DNA from: Candidatus Heimdallarchaeota archaeon
GTDB lineage: Archaea; Asgardarchaeota; Heimdallarchaeia; Heimdallarchaeales; Heimdallarchaeaceae
DNA length: 64,000 nucleotides
Direction: 5' to 3'
NCBI GenBank assembly: GCA_030668825.1
Contig: DAOVET010000002.1
Coordinates: forward strand, 2,571-66,570
Below, piece after piece: positions 1 through 10,900 of the stretch. The stretch's first letter is position 1. Every line of letters starts with the position of its first letter. The translations under genes and the position numbers were made by a program. A model generated the notes under the pieces. It ran no database searches and was not told where the DNA came from. It saw nothing but the letters and a program-made list of their open reading frames with translations.

Positions 1-1
1 A

Positions 2-820
2 GGGAGAAATGTAACCTATGTTGGACCTTCATCAACATTTTTTGAGAAATTGATAAAAGATAATGGCATACAAATTCAGATAAAAGCTATACAAAATGCA
101 GAGGTCAATTATACTACAATTCTGAATCTTCAAGATGGTGAAGTACAGTTCAATTCAATTCAAGGAAAACTCTCGTTAGAAAGTTTATCTGAAGAGATTA
201 TTAAATACTACAGAAAAAGTCCTTTGAAACCTATAAGTAATGTATCACTGAATCCTACTTCTATTGAATGGGTAAGCTTTCTTCTCCTAAGTTTAGAGGA
301 TGAAGCTATATTAGATTCACTTGAAGATAGCACTAATCCTCTTGGTATGATCTCTTCCTGTTCTGGAGCATCATATGAAGGAATTATTTTTGTTGACCCT
401 TCAGATATTTCTCATTTTGAAAGAATTGATGAATTTTGTAAAATATTAGTACAATTGAAGAAATTCGAAGGAGAAAAATATCTATCTGTAAATGAATATG
501 AATTAGCTGTTCTAAGTAAGCATTTCTCAAAATCCCCAAGGAAACTAGCAAGTTTTCTTGATGTTCCTATTATTCTGCACACATCTGATAATGTTTCTTT
601 TTATGGAAAAGAAGTAATCAACTTAAAAACAAAGAATCTTGAAGGTAAAGTGAAATTTGTTGGAGCAGGAGACTGCTTTAACGGAGCTTTTATTCATTCA
701 ATATTAGATTCTCACCCTATAACAGACTCTTTAAGCTATGCAATAGAGGCTGCTTCATATCTAATAGAAACTGGAAAATACCCAAATGCATTACATATCT
801 CAAAAAGAATAAATAGCTAA
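2..820 (+). CDS. PfkB/ribokinase-family carbohydrate kinase, 5'-partial (reading frame is open to the window edge)
   Basis: C-terminal PfkB signature 'KFVGAGDCFNGAFIHSIL' (GAGD anion hole). The in-frame translation continues upstream of the annotated TTG to position 2 with no stop. The rest of the protein is divergent. Confidence 0.45.
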   Translation, partial: GRNVTYVGPSSTFFEKLIKDNGIQIQIKAIQNAEVNYTTILNLQDGEVQFNSIQGKLSLESLSEEIIKYYRKSPLKPISNVSLNPTSIEWVSFLLLSLEDEAILDSLEDSTNPLGMISSCSGASYEGIIFVDPSDISHFERIDEFCKILVQLKKFEGEKYLSVNEYELAVLSKHFSKSPRKLASFLDVPIILHTSDNVSFYGKEVINLKTKNLEGKVKFVGAGDCFNGAFIHSILDSHPITDSLSYAIEAASYLIETGKYPNALHISKRINS

Positions 821-827
821 ACAATTA

Positions 828-1901
828 GTGAGTACTAAAGCCATTACATGGAAGTTTGTTAGTATAATGTCACTTGATGTTGAAAGTTCAAAGGAATACA
901 AAGAGATTCACAAGAGGGTAGAACTTTTACAACTCTTGAAACAATACTATGGTTCAGGAGCAAACTTCTATGATTTTGATACTGGCGATATTCCTTTACG
1001 TGAATTAATAGCTTTTATGTCTGATGAAGGATACCCTAGACGTTTACCAGAAACAGAACATGTTCTCAAAAGAATCGATGAGGAAATAATTGTTTTAGAG
1101 AAAAAGAAAAAGGGAATGAGATTACAGGAAATAGAATCCAGAAACTTAAACTCTTTGCTAATAATAACTTCATGGACTAAACTAATAGGAACTCCAAACA
1201 AAGGTGTTTTTCTTGATAAACCCGTAATTGATCTGAGAAGAGATACAATCGTGATGTTAACTGATGAAACTCAGATATTTAAGGAGCTTACAGATGAACG
1301 TATCGCAGTCATTTTTGGTCCTGGAATTTATTACTCTGAATTTTCTGTGGATAGAGGGAATTATTTAGAAGACTCCTTAGAAATAAATGGTATATGTTTA
1401 CCTTTGGAGCTTCTTGGAAAAATCTATACAGCAGAGAAGATTTATCACTCAGATAAAATTGATGCAACTATTACTGAAGTCTCAACTATTTTGCCTTTCC
1501 ACATTATGGAGCAAGAAGAGACAGTACAAACCTATGTTAGGGGGATCATCAGTAGAAGTGTTTTTCACCCCAACAAAGCTGCTCTTGAGAAGTTTAATTT
1601 CCATATTATGGAAGGCGGTTCATATCCTATAGCTGAAGGATTCAAAATAATGTCAGCTCATCCTCTTTGGTATAATAAATTATTAGTCGAACCCGACTAT
1701 CAATATAGAACTGGAAGTGGAAAAAGAGTGTACAGTACAGCTGGAATCGGTTCACTATCAGGGATGGTTCATAAATTAAAACCAATCATATTTTCTTCCC
1801 CCTCAAAGGAAAGAGAACAATTGGAACGAATTGAAGAGATTGTTAAACAATATAGAGAAGTGGGTTTTCAGCTACTAAAAAGTTGGATACCATCTTATTA
1901 A
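828..1901 (+). CDS. hypothetical protein (357 aa), GTG start 8 nt after the upstream stop
   Basis: Long ORF tightly coupled to the upstream kinase. No motif recognised. Confidence 0.4.
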   Translation: MSTKAITWKFVSIMSLDVESSKEYKEIHKRVELLQLLKQYYGSGANFYDFDTGDIPLRELIAFMSDEGYPRRLPETEHVLKRIDEEIIVLEKKKKGMRLQEIESRNLNSLLIITSWTKLIGTPNKGVFLDKPVIDLRRDTIVMLTDETQIFKELTDERIAVIFGPGIYYSEFSVDRGNYLEDSLEINGICLPLELLGKIYTAEKIYHSDKIDATITEVSTILPFHIMEQEETVQTYVRGIISRSVFHPNKAALEKFNFHIMEGGSYPIAEGFKIMSAHPLWYNKLLVEPDYQYRTGSGKRVYSTAGIGSLSGMVHKLKPIIFSSPSKEREQLERIEEIVKQYREVGFQLLKSWIPSY

Positions 1902-1902
1902 T

Positions 1903-2427
1903 TCAGAGTATTTCTACAGCTGCCATTGTTTCAAAAGCTTTTTTCTCTATTATTATTAGATTTTCTTCACATTTATAATGTAATGCTAGTTTTTTTAAAC
2001 TCGTTATAGGAAGTTTCTTCTTTGTTTGCAGATCTATATTCTTTGAAATTGTTTCTAGAATGACATCAAATTCATATTCTATTTCTTCTTTCTTCTCGCC
2101 AAAAGCAATAATCATTATATTAATGCATGAATCTTTAATCCCTAGAAAGTTTATCGCGTTTGATATCTGTCTTTTTCCTGAAAGTCGCAACAAAAATTCA
2201 GTTGTGAAATCTCTAGCAATGTTATTCTCTCTTTGAAATGCTTTTTTAGTGTGATATAAGGCAGCTATGATTTGCTTTTCACTAACAATGAATGTTGGAT
2301 CTAATATCTGCAAATGAACATTATCCTTCTTCTGCCTTTTGATGAGTTCAATTACCGTTTCTGAATTGAAAGGTTGGGAAGTAGAAAAAACAGAATATTG
2401 GTATTCAAAGCTACCAAGATTACTCAT
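1903..2427 (-). CDS. cgi121: Cgi121-like KEOPS complex subunit
   Basis: The segment 'ARDFTTEFLLRLSGKRQISNAINFLGIKDSCINIMIIAFG' parallels the Cgi121/TPRKB core (tRtLsTEiifnLSpnnnIseAlkkFGIs...iLiv). Size is 174 aa. Confidence 0.55.
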   Translation of the reverse strand: MSNLGSFEYQYSVFSTSQPFNSETVIELIKRQKKDNVHLQILDPTFIVSEKQIIAALYHTKKAFQRENNIARDFTTEFLLRLSGKRQISNAINFLGIKDSCINIMIIAFGEKKEEIEYEFDVILETISKNIDLQTKKKLPITSLKKLALHYKCEENLIIIEKKAFETMAAVEIL

Positions 2428-2435
2428 GATTTAAC

Positions 2436-4007
2436 CTACAACTCCTTGGGACCCCTTATAATGTCTAAAATCATTTTTTCCATATCAATGGGTTCAAAAT
2501 CTGATGTTGCTAATTTGACAGCAGATGTCAGTTTACTTTCAGTAGAAGAATGTATTTCAAATAGAACGTCACCTTTTTTGAATCTATCTCCTCTTTTTAC
2601 TTTAAGAACAACTCCTGCAGTTTTATCAGCAGGTGCTCCTGCTTGTCTAGCTATTGTTGAGATGGGCGCGCTATCTATTGCATATACAACACCATCACTC
2701 TTTGCTTCTATGGTGCCAATATAGGACGCTTGTGGGATATCATTTACTTCAATATTCTCGTCTCCTCCCTGAGCTACTACAATTTCTTTGAACTTTTGTA
2801 GTGCTTTTCCACTTCTCAAAATATCTTCTGCATACTCAAAACCATATCCTCGAGGACACAAATTGTGAGCTTCAAGAATTATACCTGACAATGAGAGAGC
2901 TTTTCTCATCAGATCAGCACTTCCGCTTTGATCTGTTAAAATTTGAAGAGCATCTTTTGCTTCTAATGCTGGTCCAATCATACTTCCAATAGGTCTATCT
3001 CCAGGACTGATTATACAATCAAGTTTGATTTTCAAAGCATAAGCTAGCGAAATGAATAGACTACCAACCTGTTGTGCATTTTCTCTGTGAACTACTTTAG
3101 CACCTTTACCTGTTGGTAAATCAATAAGAACGTATTCGGAACCAGCAGCTATTTTTTTGGCAATAATACTAGCGACCATAAATTCCTTGGGATCGATTTT
3201 TACCTTTTCAAGGACAGCAATAATCTTATCTGATACGTCTGCTAAACCTACAGTTTCACCACTAACTATACAACCCCCTGTGGTATCAACAACTTCTGTC
3301 ATTTCTTCTAGCGTTAATTCACAAGGCATAAGCAATTCAACAGCATCTATAGTTCCTGCTGGAGATGTAATTGCTCTTGTTGACACTTTTGGAATTGTTA
3401 GTCCCGATGCTGCTAATATAGGTACCATAATAGGTGTTATCCTATTACCTGCGATTCCTCCAATACTATGTTTGTCAACTACAGGTTTTTTCTTAATATT
3501 TAGAATTTGTGAATTATTGATTATTGCTTTAGCGACTGATGTTGTTTCTTCTAAAGTTAAACCTTGAACTTGAAATAATGACATCAGTACGGCAATTTGT
3601 GTTGGATGCATTAGATTCTTATCAATTGATTCAAAAATTGCATCTATTTCTTCTTCTTGGAGAACATCTCCCTTCATCTTTTTATGTATCAGATGAATTA
3701 AATTCTCACTGGTTAGTTCTTTTAGAACTATTTCATTACCTTTCTGAATACCATGTTCTTTTGCTAGTTTTCCAGATATCCCAACAGTGTTTTCGGGATA
3801 TTTGTCACTAGTATATACTTTCAATCCTATATTAAAAGGAGAAATCTCAATCAGTTGCCCTGGTAAAATATCATACTTATGGGCTAAAGCAGAATTAATT
3901 AACATATATCCTGGCTCTGAATCTAATATATTATCTATTCTTACAATTAATTTTATCACTTTAATACCGCCAGATTCATTATCTATCTTAAAGATATTGA
4001 GGTTCAA
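2436..4007 (-). CDS. deoA: AMP phosphorylase / thymidine phosphorylase family (archaeal DeoA-type, 523 aa)
   Basis: Glycosyl-transferase family 3 motifs 'DKHSIGGIAGNRITPIMVPILAASGLTIPKVSTRAITSPAGTIDAVELL' and 'SGETVGLADVSDKI'. The length with an N-terminal extension is typical of archaeal AMP phosphorylase. Confidence 0.8.
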   Translation of the reverse strand: MNLNIFKIDNESGGIKVIKLIVRIDNILDSEPGYMLINSALAHKYDILPGQLIEISPFNIGLKVYTSDKYPENTVGISGKLAKEHGIQKGNEIVLKELTSENLIHLIHKKMKGDVLQEEEIDAIFESIDKNLMHPTQIAVLMSLFQVQGLTLEETTSVAKAIINNSQILNIKKKPVVDKHSIGGIAGNRITPIMVPILAASGLTIPKVSTRAITSPAGTIDAVELLMPCELTLEEMTEVVDTTGGCIVSGETVGLADVSDKIIAVLEKVKIDPKEFMVASIIAKKIAAGSEYVLIDLPTGKGAKVVHRENAQQVGSLFISLAYALKIKLDCIISPGDRPIGSMIGPALEAKDALQILTDQSGSADLMRKALSLSGIILEAHNLCPRGYGFEYAEDILRSGKALQKFKEIVVAQGGDENIEVNDIPQASYIGTIEAKSDGVVYAIDSAPISTIARQAGAPADKTAGVVLKVKRGDRFKKGDVLFEIHSSTESKLTSAVKLATSDFEPIDMEKMILDIIRGPKEL

Positions 4008-4110
4008 GGCATATAATAAGCATTGTGTCCTTGTTAAAAATATAGCAATTAATACTGATTGTCTTACCCGTAATAATTATTAATCATTTGTTTTAAAGTA
4101 TTATTAGAAA

Positions 4111-4260
4111 ATGTTTAGTGGCGCGAATTCAGAAAAAAAAGAATTAAAAGAAAAGGATGAAAAATCATTCAAGTGTACTGGATGTGAAACACCTTTAAGC
4201 AAAAATGATGAATTTTGTCCTAACTGTGAAAGAATAAACCCCAAATATCTAACTGGGTAA
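4111..4260 (+). CDS. small zinc-ribbon protein (49 aa; CxxC...CxxC)
   Basis: ATG..TAA ORF not in the track (<60 aa): MFSGANSEKKELKEKDEKSFKCTGCETPLSKNDEFCPNCERINPKYLTG. Confidence 0.3.
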   Translation: MFSGANSEKKELKEKDEKSFKCTGCETPLSKNDEFCPNCERINPKYLTG

Positions 4261-4310
4261 TTGAAACATTAAGAAAATATTATATATTGCACGAATTCAT
4301 ATTTCTATAG

Positions 4311-4499
4311 GTGCACTTCATGGCAGATATCCCACTCCCTCCCAGCAAAAACAAATCAGAAGACGACGATTCAAGTGCTGATTGTGAAAAATACGATCCT
4401 ATAATGGGAGGGTACTGTAAATTTTACGTTACAAAAACTGGAGAGTGCATGATTAAATTCAGTTTATGTGATGGTTTTGGAGTTTCAAAGAAAAAATAA
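4311..4499 (+). CDS. small Cys-containing hypothetical protein (62 aa)
   Basis: ORF in an intergenic gap. Cys residues 'DCEKY...GYCKFY...GECMIKFSLCDGFG'. Confidence 0.25.
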   Translation: MHFMADIPLPPSKNKSEDDDSSADCEKYDPIMGGYCKFYVTKTGECMIKFSLCDGFGVSKKK

Positions 4500-4506
4500 A
4501 AGTAGC

Positions 4507-5361
4507 TTATCTTCTAAGCAACTGATCTAAATCGTTACTAATTTCTTTTACATTTGCTACAATTCTATTTTGTCCAGAACCTTTTGTTCCATCAGTGTCT
4601 ATCGTTGCTGATGTTAAAAACAATGGTTTGAAGAAATCTTTTATCATTTGTTTTCCGTCACCTAAAAGGCAAGAGCAAGTTCCTATGTATTTTTCACCTT
4701 CAACCCTTCTTACTCTGAAGAAGCTAACGTGATTTGAACGATCTCTCCAGATAATAAGATTAGCCGAGAGGTAGATATTATCTCGAATAATATGCCCCAA
4801 ATAAACATTAGAATCTAGACCGAGTTCATACAACTCAGTACTAGACTGCTTTTCAAAGTTTGTTAGAACCATTATTTTTGTGTTTTTGGATAATTGTTCA
4901 TACCTTTCTATTGGTATATTTTTTGTAGATTCTTTGATAATGAAAGTATAAGATCTATCTCTTCTTAATGTGTAAGCTGCTTGATATTCTATCATTGCAG
5001 ATGCCAATTCCAAGAGTAGAGGGGCTTCTTTCTTGCTTAATTCAAACTTATCAATTGATTGAATTGGAACTTTTGATTTAGCTAAAAGACTACAAACAAG
5101 AACCCCTATCAAATCATGTGATAGAGATCCTGCTACAATGCAACCTGAAGTGAGAAGAATTGCTGGTAGCTGATTTAAAGGTATGCCTTTTTTCTCAGCT
5201 GATTCCCTATTCTTACTTACTTGATGAACGATTAGTTTAACTTCTTGTGTTTTTAGAGCACTAATGACTGCAGTTAGAAACTTTAGCGTAGGTTGACAGT
5301 GATCACAATGCTCATCATGAATATAAATTTCTATTTCCATATTGCCCCAACATCTAATCAA
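4507..5361 (-). CDS. hypothetical protein with N-terminal thioredoxin-like CxxC module
   Basis: N-terminus 'MEIEIYIHDEHCDHCQPTLKFL' is a Trx/Grx-like CxxC. The remainder is unrecognised. An alternative start is at 5340. Confidence 0.4.
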   Translation of the reverse strand: MIRCWGNMEIEIYIHDEHCDHCQPTLKFLTAVISALKTQEVKLIVHQVSKNRESAEKKGIPLNQLPAILLTSGCIVAGSLSHDLIGVLVCSLLAKSKVPIQSIDKFELSKKEAPLLLELASAMIEYQAAYTLRRDRSYTFIIKESTKNIPIERYEQLSKNTKIMVLTNFEKQSSTELYELGLDSNVYLGHIIRDNIYLSANLIIWRDRSNHVSFFRVRRVEGEKYIGTCSCLLGDGKQMIKDFFKPLFLTSATIDTDGTKGSGQNRIVANVKEISNDLDQLLRR

Positions 5362-5424
5362 TAAACGAATACATAGAGATTAGAAGGATTAATATAAATA
5401 TTGTCGTTCTATTGAATTTATTCT

Positions 5425-6684
5425 CTACTTTTTCTTATACAAAAATCGTTCAAGATATTTTTCTTTAGCTAATTCGATTGCCTCATGAGCATGCGAAAAA
5501 CAATCCAATCTTCGTTCAGGAATTGGATCCCATCCTCTCCCATCACTATTTTCAGCAAGTAGTAAATGTTTCCACATTTCTTCAGTTATCTCACTTTCGA
5601 GCAAATGAGCAAAATACCAACGAGCTTCCCAGCACAATCTTTCAAGTTTTTGATTATCTTCATCTCTAGTCCAAATATCTAATCTTCTATTAGGGGCCCA
5701 ACTCCCTGTTTTCAAATATCCGAGATCTTTTGGTTTGTTATCCTTTAGATATTTAGAAGGCAAAATCATCTGATTATCTTGAATCTTTATCATTTTTTCA
5801 AGAAAATCCCTTAGATGTTTTTCTGTTGGGAGTTTTCCTTCAACAAAACTTCGATAGCCAAAGAACTCGATATCAGTTCCATATGGTATGATTAATCCAG
5901 GATCATTCCTGAATTTTGCAATGGTTTTAAATGCTTTTTTAGGTTTAAGAAAGGGGAATTTCAATAAACTTGCAGTAGAGAAAATACTCCATGCTTGGGG
6001 AATCTTTAATCCTGTGATTGTGCCTTTAACACCTTTCAATTCTACTGGATAAAAGTTAGATTTTTTTGCATATTTTTTAAGACCTTTTGTGGCCTTTCTA
6101 TACTTGAAAAATTTACGAAATATTCCTTTTGCCTTCATGAATTCTATGATGTAATGCGAGGCAGAATAATAAGGGATATTGTATTCACTTGCATCATTAA
6201 GTAAAGGGGAACTTATATTGTATAATTCTTCGTCAATAAAAGTATATAAAAAATCAAAACTTCTGAGAACTCTAGGAATCAGTGGGTCATAAGCTAGTTC
6301 AGGTAACCAAAACCCCTTTGGTTTATAATTTAATGTAGATTCTAGAACATTGTTGTTAAATTCAATTTGCTTCTTCATGTCGGTTTCTGGTAGTAAGGGA
6401 AATATTGGGTGTGAATATCCACAACCTGTCATTTCAAATTTGCCTTGATCAATTCCTTCCTTAAGTAAATCAATAACTTCAGGATAACCATTTTTCAATA
6501 TCTCCAAAGTAACTCCTGTGAAATTTAGAACCACCTCGATTTTAGGAATATCTAGAAGAGTTGATAGAACTGGAATATAGCTCAGTTTTACTACTTGAGG
6601 TATTTCACTTATAGGAATTTCTGCATACTGCAGATTTGCATGCAAAACAATTGTTGAATACACAAGAGGAAACACTAAATTCAA
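5425..6684 (-). CDS. glycoside hydrolase family 57-like protein
   Basis: GH57-like conserved regions: 'GCGYSHPIFPLLP' (His-x-x-Pro region), 'GFWLPELAYDP' (WLPExA catalytic region) and 'PYGTDIEFFGY'. Confidence 0.55.
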   Translation of the reverse strand: MNLVFPLVYSTIVLHANLQYAEIPISEIPQVVKLSYIPVLSTLLDIPKIEVVLNFTGVTLEILKNGYPEVIDLLKEGIDQGKFEMTGCGYSHPIFPLLPETDMKKQIEFNNNVLESTLNYKPKGFWLPELAYDPLIPRVLRSFDFLYTFIDEELYNISSPLLNDASEYNIPYYSASHYIIEFMKAKGIFRKFFKYRKATKGLKKYAKKSNFYPVELKGVKGTITGLKIPQAWSIFSTASLLKFPFLKPKKAFKTIAKFRNDPGLIIPYGTDIEFFGYRSFVEGKLPTEKHLRDFLEKMIKIQDNQMILPSKYLKDNKPKDLGYLKTGSWAPNRRLDIWTRDEDNQKLERLCWEARWYFAHLLESEITEEMWKHLLLAENSDGRGWDPIPERRLDCFSHAHEAIELAKEKYLERFLYKKK

Positions 6685-6776
6685 AATATAAACGTTTTGG
6701 GAGGAGAAAAACTTGAAGATTTGTGGGTTTGGAAATGTCCGAAGACATTAAATATATCAATAGACGTTCTAAAACA

Positions 6777-7733
6777 ATGAGTCATAGAGAAATCAGAAAA
6801 AATCCGTTTACTGATGAATGGATTATGTATTCAGAAGCAAGACAAGTAAGACCAAATAGAAAAAAGGATTTTTGCCCTCTATGTTCTGGTTCTCCCGAAG
6901 TTCCAGAGTATAGAGAATCTGTTAGAATTCCAAATAAATTCCCAGCGCTAGATGCAGAGGGTGACACTCGAAAATTTAGTTCAGGAGAATTTCAGATTAA
7001 AATGGGGAGTTATGGTAAATGTGAAATTGTTGTATATACAGACAATCACCATGCTAAGTTTATTGATTTATCAACTGAGGAAACTTTCCAAATTTTTAAT
7101 TCATGGGTGGAAGCTACCAAAGAATTAAGCATAGATAAAAATATCAAATACATACTACCTTTCGAAAATTATGGTGAGGATGTAGGAGCAACCCTTATCC
7201 ACCCTCATGGACAAATCTATGCATTTCCAATGATTCCAAATATGATCCAGAAAGAATTTGATTCAATTAAGAAATATAGAGAAAAAGAAAGATCTTGTAT
7301 GGTATGTAATTACATCGTTGAAGAACAAGAGAAAGAAGAGAGAATTGTATTTCAAGATAATAATCTAATAGCTTTTGTTCCATATTTTGCAAGGCATGCT
7401 TATGATGTGTTTGTATATCCAAAACGGCATGTTAATTTTCTTCATCAGTGTACAAGATCCGAGACGAATTCTTTCATCTCCATTATTAAGCAAATAATTA
7501 TCTCGCTAAATGATATTTTCGAGAAAAACATCAGTTATTCACTTTCATTACATCAGAGTCCCTTGAATACACAAGGATCTAACATGTTCCATCTTTATTT
7601 TAAAATTCATACACCCCAGAGAAATATCAAATCGCTGAAATTACTGGGGGCAGTTGAAACTAGCACGATGACCTACATTAATGGAATATTACCAGAAACC
7701 GCCGCTAGTAGACTTCGAGAAAAAATGTCATAG
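6777..7733 (+). CDS. galT: galactose-1-phosphate uridylyltransferase (HIT family, GalT)
   Basis: Zn site 'CPLCSGSPEVPEY' and HIT-like 'HPHGQIYAFP'. The track ORF starts at 6723; the start at 6777 (MSHREIRKNPF) fits the GalT N-terminus. Confidence 0.8.
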   Translation: MSHREIRKNPFTDEWIMYSEARQVRPNRKKDFCPLCSGSPEVPEYRESVRIPNKFPALDAEGDTRKFSSGEFQIKMGSYGKCEIVVYTDNHHAKFIDLSTEETFQIFNSWVEATKELSIDKNIKYILPFENYGEDVGATLIHPHGQIYAFPMIPNMIQKEFDSIKKYREKERSCMVCNYIVEEQEKEERIVFQDNNLIAFVPYFARHAYDVFVYPKRHVNFLHQCTRSETNSFISIIKQIIISLNDIFEKNISYSLSLHQSPLNTQGSNMFHLYFKIHTPQRNIKSLKLLGAVETSTMTYINGILPETAASRLREKMS

Positions 7734-7865
7734 ATTCTTTCTGTTAACTCTGTTTTTATGATTAGTTTCTTTTTCAAAAAAGTGTCAATTTCCCATAAAA
7801 CCATTTAGACAGATTGTAACTAGAACCTCTATTTTTTTCGAACTTCTTGATTTGGTTAGATTCTA

Positions 7866-7921
7866 AAACAATATTTATATTATGTCTAAACACTATCTAA
7901 GAGTAGACAATTATTGGAGGT
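7866..7921 (+). promoter_or_regulatory. putative promoter (TATA-like 'TTTATATTA' at 7874-7882) and strong RBS (GGAGG at 7916-7920) for the surface-protein gene
   Basis: AT-rich TATA-like element about 45 nt upstream of the ATG at 7927. GGAGG lies 6 nt before the start codon. Confidence 0.35.
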
Positions 7922-7926
7922 CTAAA

Positions 7927-10900
7927 ATGAAAAATAAGTCAATTATGGGTTCAGTATTGTTGGGTTTAACAATTGTTCTGTTAACATTGAGCGGGTCAGT
8001 GACTCAAGCTCAAATAGTATCTGAGCAAAGTACACCCCATACAAGTGCTATGAACCTTGTTTTTGTAGAAGAAATGCGAATAATCGCTGGTATAGATTCT
8101 GCAGCTGTTATAGAATTAGACCTTATAGGTGGCGTAATGCCAGCTATAGATGCTAATCCACTATTCAGCGCAGTGAAAAATTGGGCTTTTATTGCTTCAA
8201 ATCAAGCAGGTTATCAAGATTATATATTAAGAAGACCTTTCAAATCACCTGATAATGCTACACTCTTGTTAGATGTTGATTCGTCTTTAGGAGTTGATGG
8301 CAGCTTGATAAGAGCAGTTGAAATAGCCTTGCTGTTTAATGCGGCTTATGGAACAAATTTGATGTGGTCAAGAGCAGAAGCATTGCCAGGAAGTTACTTA
8401 TACTTCTTTACTGGAGGAATGCCAAGCACCATATTCAGTACATTAATTGCTGAATATCAGACAGATATATCTGGTGGTTTTACATCTTTATTAGATCCTG
8501 TTGAAGTGACTGCTTCTCCCGTAAAAGTAGCTTTTATGGGTAGAATTGGTTTGGATGGATTGATAAGTGCTGCTAGAGGATTATATTATGTTGATGTAGA
8601 TGCAATAACAGGAGCTAGTATATATACTCTATCAACACACAATATCTTTGGCGTTGATGTAGCTCCAACTCATGGACTACTAAAATTCTCTGTTCTTAAG
8701 TTCAGATTCCCCTATACTATCAATCCTTTGAGCATTACACCTAAACCAGGTAACGTTGCTCCACAGATTACAGGAAAGATGGATTGGGACTTAAATGCAC
8801 CTTGGTTCGTAGCAAAACCTGCAATGAACTATGAAGTAGTCTATAAAATTAACCACACAGCACTAACCTCTGCTCCAAGAGTATCTGTAAATATGGCATA
8901 CGATCAAGATATGCTTAACAACTTTGGCAGATTACAAATGGACTATGTAGTAACCAACACAGGAACAGAAGATGCAGTAGATATAGATATTAGTTATCCA
9001 TTAGGACCTGATTTCTTAGATTTCTTAGCCAATAAACCAGATCTCTGGGAACTCAGAAATGATGTAACAATTGATGAAGGATATTCTAACACAATTAGCG
9101 GCAATGTTCTAATAACTTTTGACGGACCTTTATTCGCTGATGAAGTAGCTTATCCTGATATTGTTTATGAACAAGAATTTCTAGTTCTTGAAGGGTGGTA
9201 TAAAAATAACACAGATGGAAGTTATGTTGATATTGATCTTTTGAACAATGCTCAAGTAATAAAGACTGATAGTGCTTTCTATAATGTTCCATTAGTAGGT
9301 GATGGAACAGTTACAACTAATGTAACATTTAGTTCTCCAAACGGATTACCTAATACTTTAGTTAATTTTGCTACAAATCTTTTATTTCCAATCGATATGC
9401 CTTCCATTATGGTGAACATTCCAAATGTAATAAATGATTACAACATAAAAATCTGGGAAGCTGTACAAGCAACTGGAGATGATCTCTTTAATAGATTATA
9501 CATAAGGCAATCAATATTTGATCCAGAACTTATGGATTTCAATTTTACTGTTAGGGAAGTAGGACGAATTGGTTCAGAATATGCTTATGATGAAGTATTT
9601 CTTAACACAACTATTTCATTGCTACATCCTGGAGAATCTGTAAACGTTAGTTGGGCAATTGATAATATCCCTTCAAGAGATGATCATTATGGTATGATGG
9701 GTCTTGCAGAAATTAATGTAGATGCAACTTATCCTGCATTGCAACTAACAACTGTAGACAAGACTGGTTACGATTTAATGCGATACTTGTTCGGTGTAGG
9801 TGACGCAATTGCACCTAATTTAGGTGATAGATTTAGTCGACCTTTGAGTTACTATGAACCTTGGACTAAAACTTGGCTGTCAACTGGAGCAAGATTTGCA
9901 TATATGGATACTGAAGGCTTTGAATACTTTGGTTTCAGTAATGGAATAAATCTTCAAATAGCAGATGATGAAGCTGTTCTTAATGTTCATGTTTCATTGG
10001 ATAACACTACTTATCTAGTTGGTGATCCAGTTACCGTGTATTATTCAATTGAAAATACTGGTAATCTGCCAGCTGAAAAAGTTGTTCTCCTCCTGTTCCA
10101 TGGAAGAATGGGTGCAGATTGGCAAATCGTTGATTCTGAGTGGTTCTGGATAGATGATATTGGAATAATTGCACCTGGTACAACATATTATGGGCAAGCT
10201 GATGTTCTAGCAAATTCATTCTTAGGAATTCACCCAGTTTATGGTGTAGCAGGATTCAAGAGTGATGTTGGGCAAACAGTTCTATCTGATGGAGTTATTA
10301 ACATTGCACCAGGATTAACCTCTATATTTGAAGGAGCTGCTGAAACTTATCAACTCGTTGCTTCAAATATGGATTGGGGATTGGTACTACCAAAGACTCA
10401 AAACAGAAGACCTGCATTTCCACAACCAGTATTAGATATAGATGTAAATGTTAGATTTATCATTCCAACAGATGCACCTTGGGAATTAGAAATTACCATA
10501 ACAATCACAAACATTGGAGATGAAAGAACACACATAACTGCTATTCAGTTCTATAACGCTACTGAAATGCAACTATTAAGAAAAATCACCACAGATGGAT
10601 ATACAGCAAATGCAACACACTTAGGTATCGGAGTAATTCTATTTGAAGGAATAACACTCTTACCTGGTGAGGACGTTACCTTTACTATGAGATGGCTTTT
10701 CTTAACGAGTCAAGGATGTTACATTCCTGGTATCATTGTAATCTATGATAGTAGATTCGCAAGCGATGTAGGAAATGACATTGTAGATACAGCTGTAGAA
10801 ACAGATGCTCCGCTAATGACTGCATTAGGTGGGTCAGCTCAAGATGAAGAAGATTGGGAAGATTATGGAGAATCAACTCAAACAGGTTCTTCAGCAGGTG

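Noticed and set aside
968-1632. Short internal or antisense ORFs from the track (e.g. 968-1201 minus, 1387-1632 plus)
   Set aside because: They are embedded in longer, better-supported ORFs on the other strand or frame, with low-complexity composition. Similar ORFs throughout the window were ignored (e.g. 12046-12249, 13289-13564, 16239-16430, 27188-27550, 29094-29426, 38118-38543).
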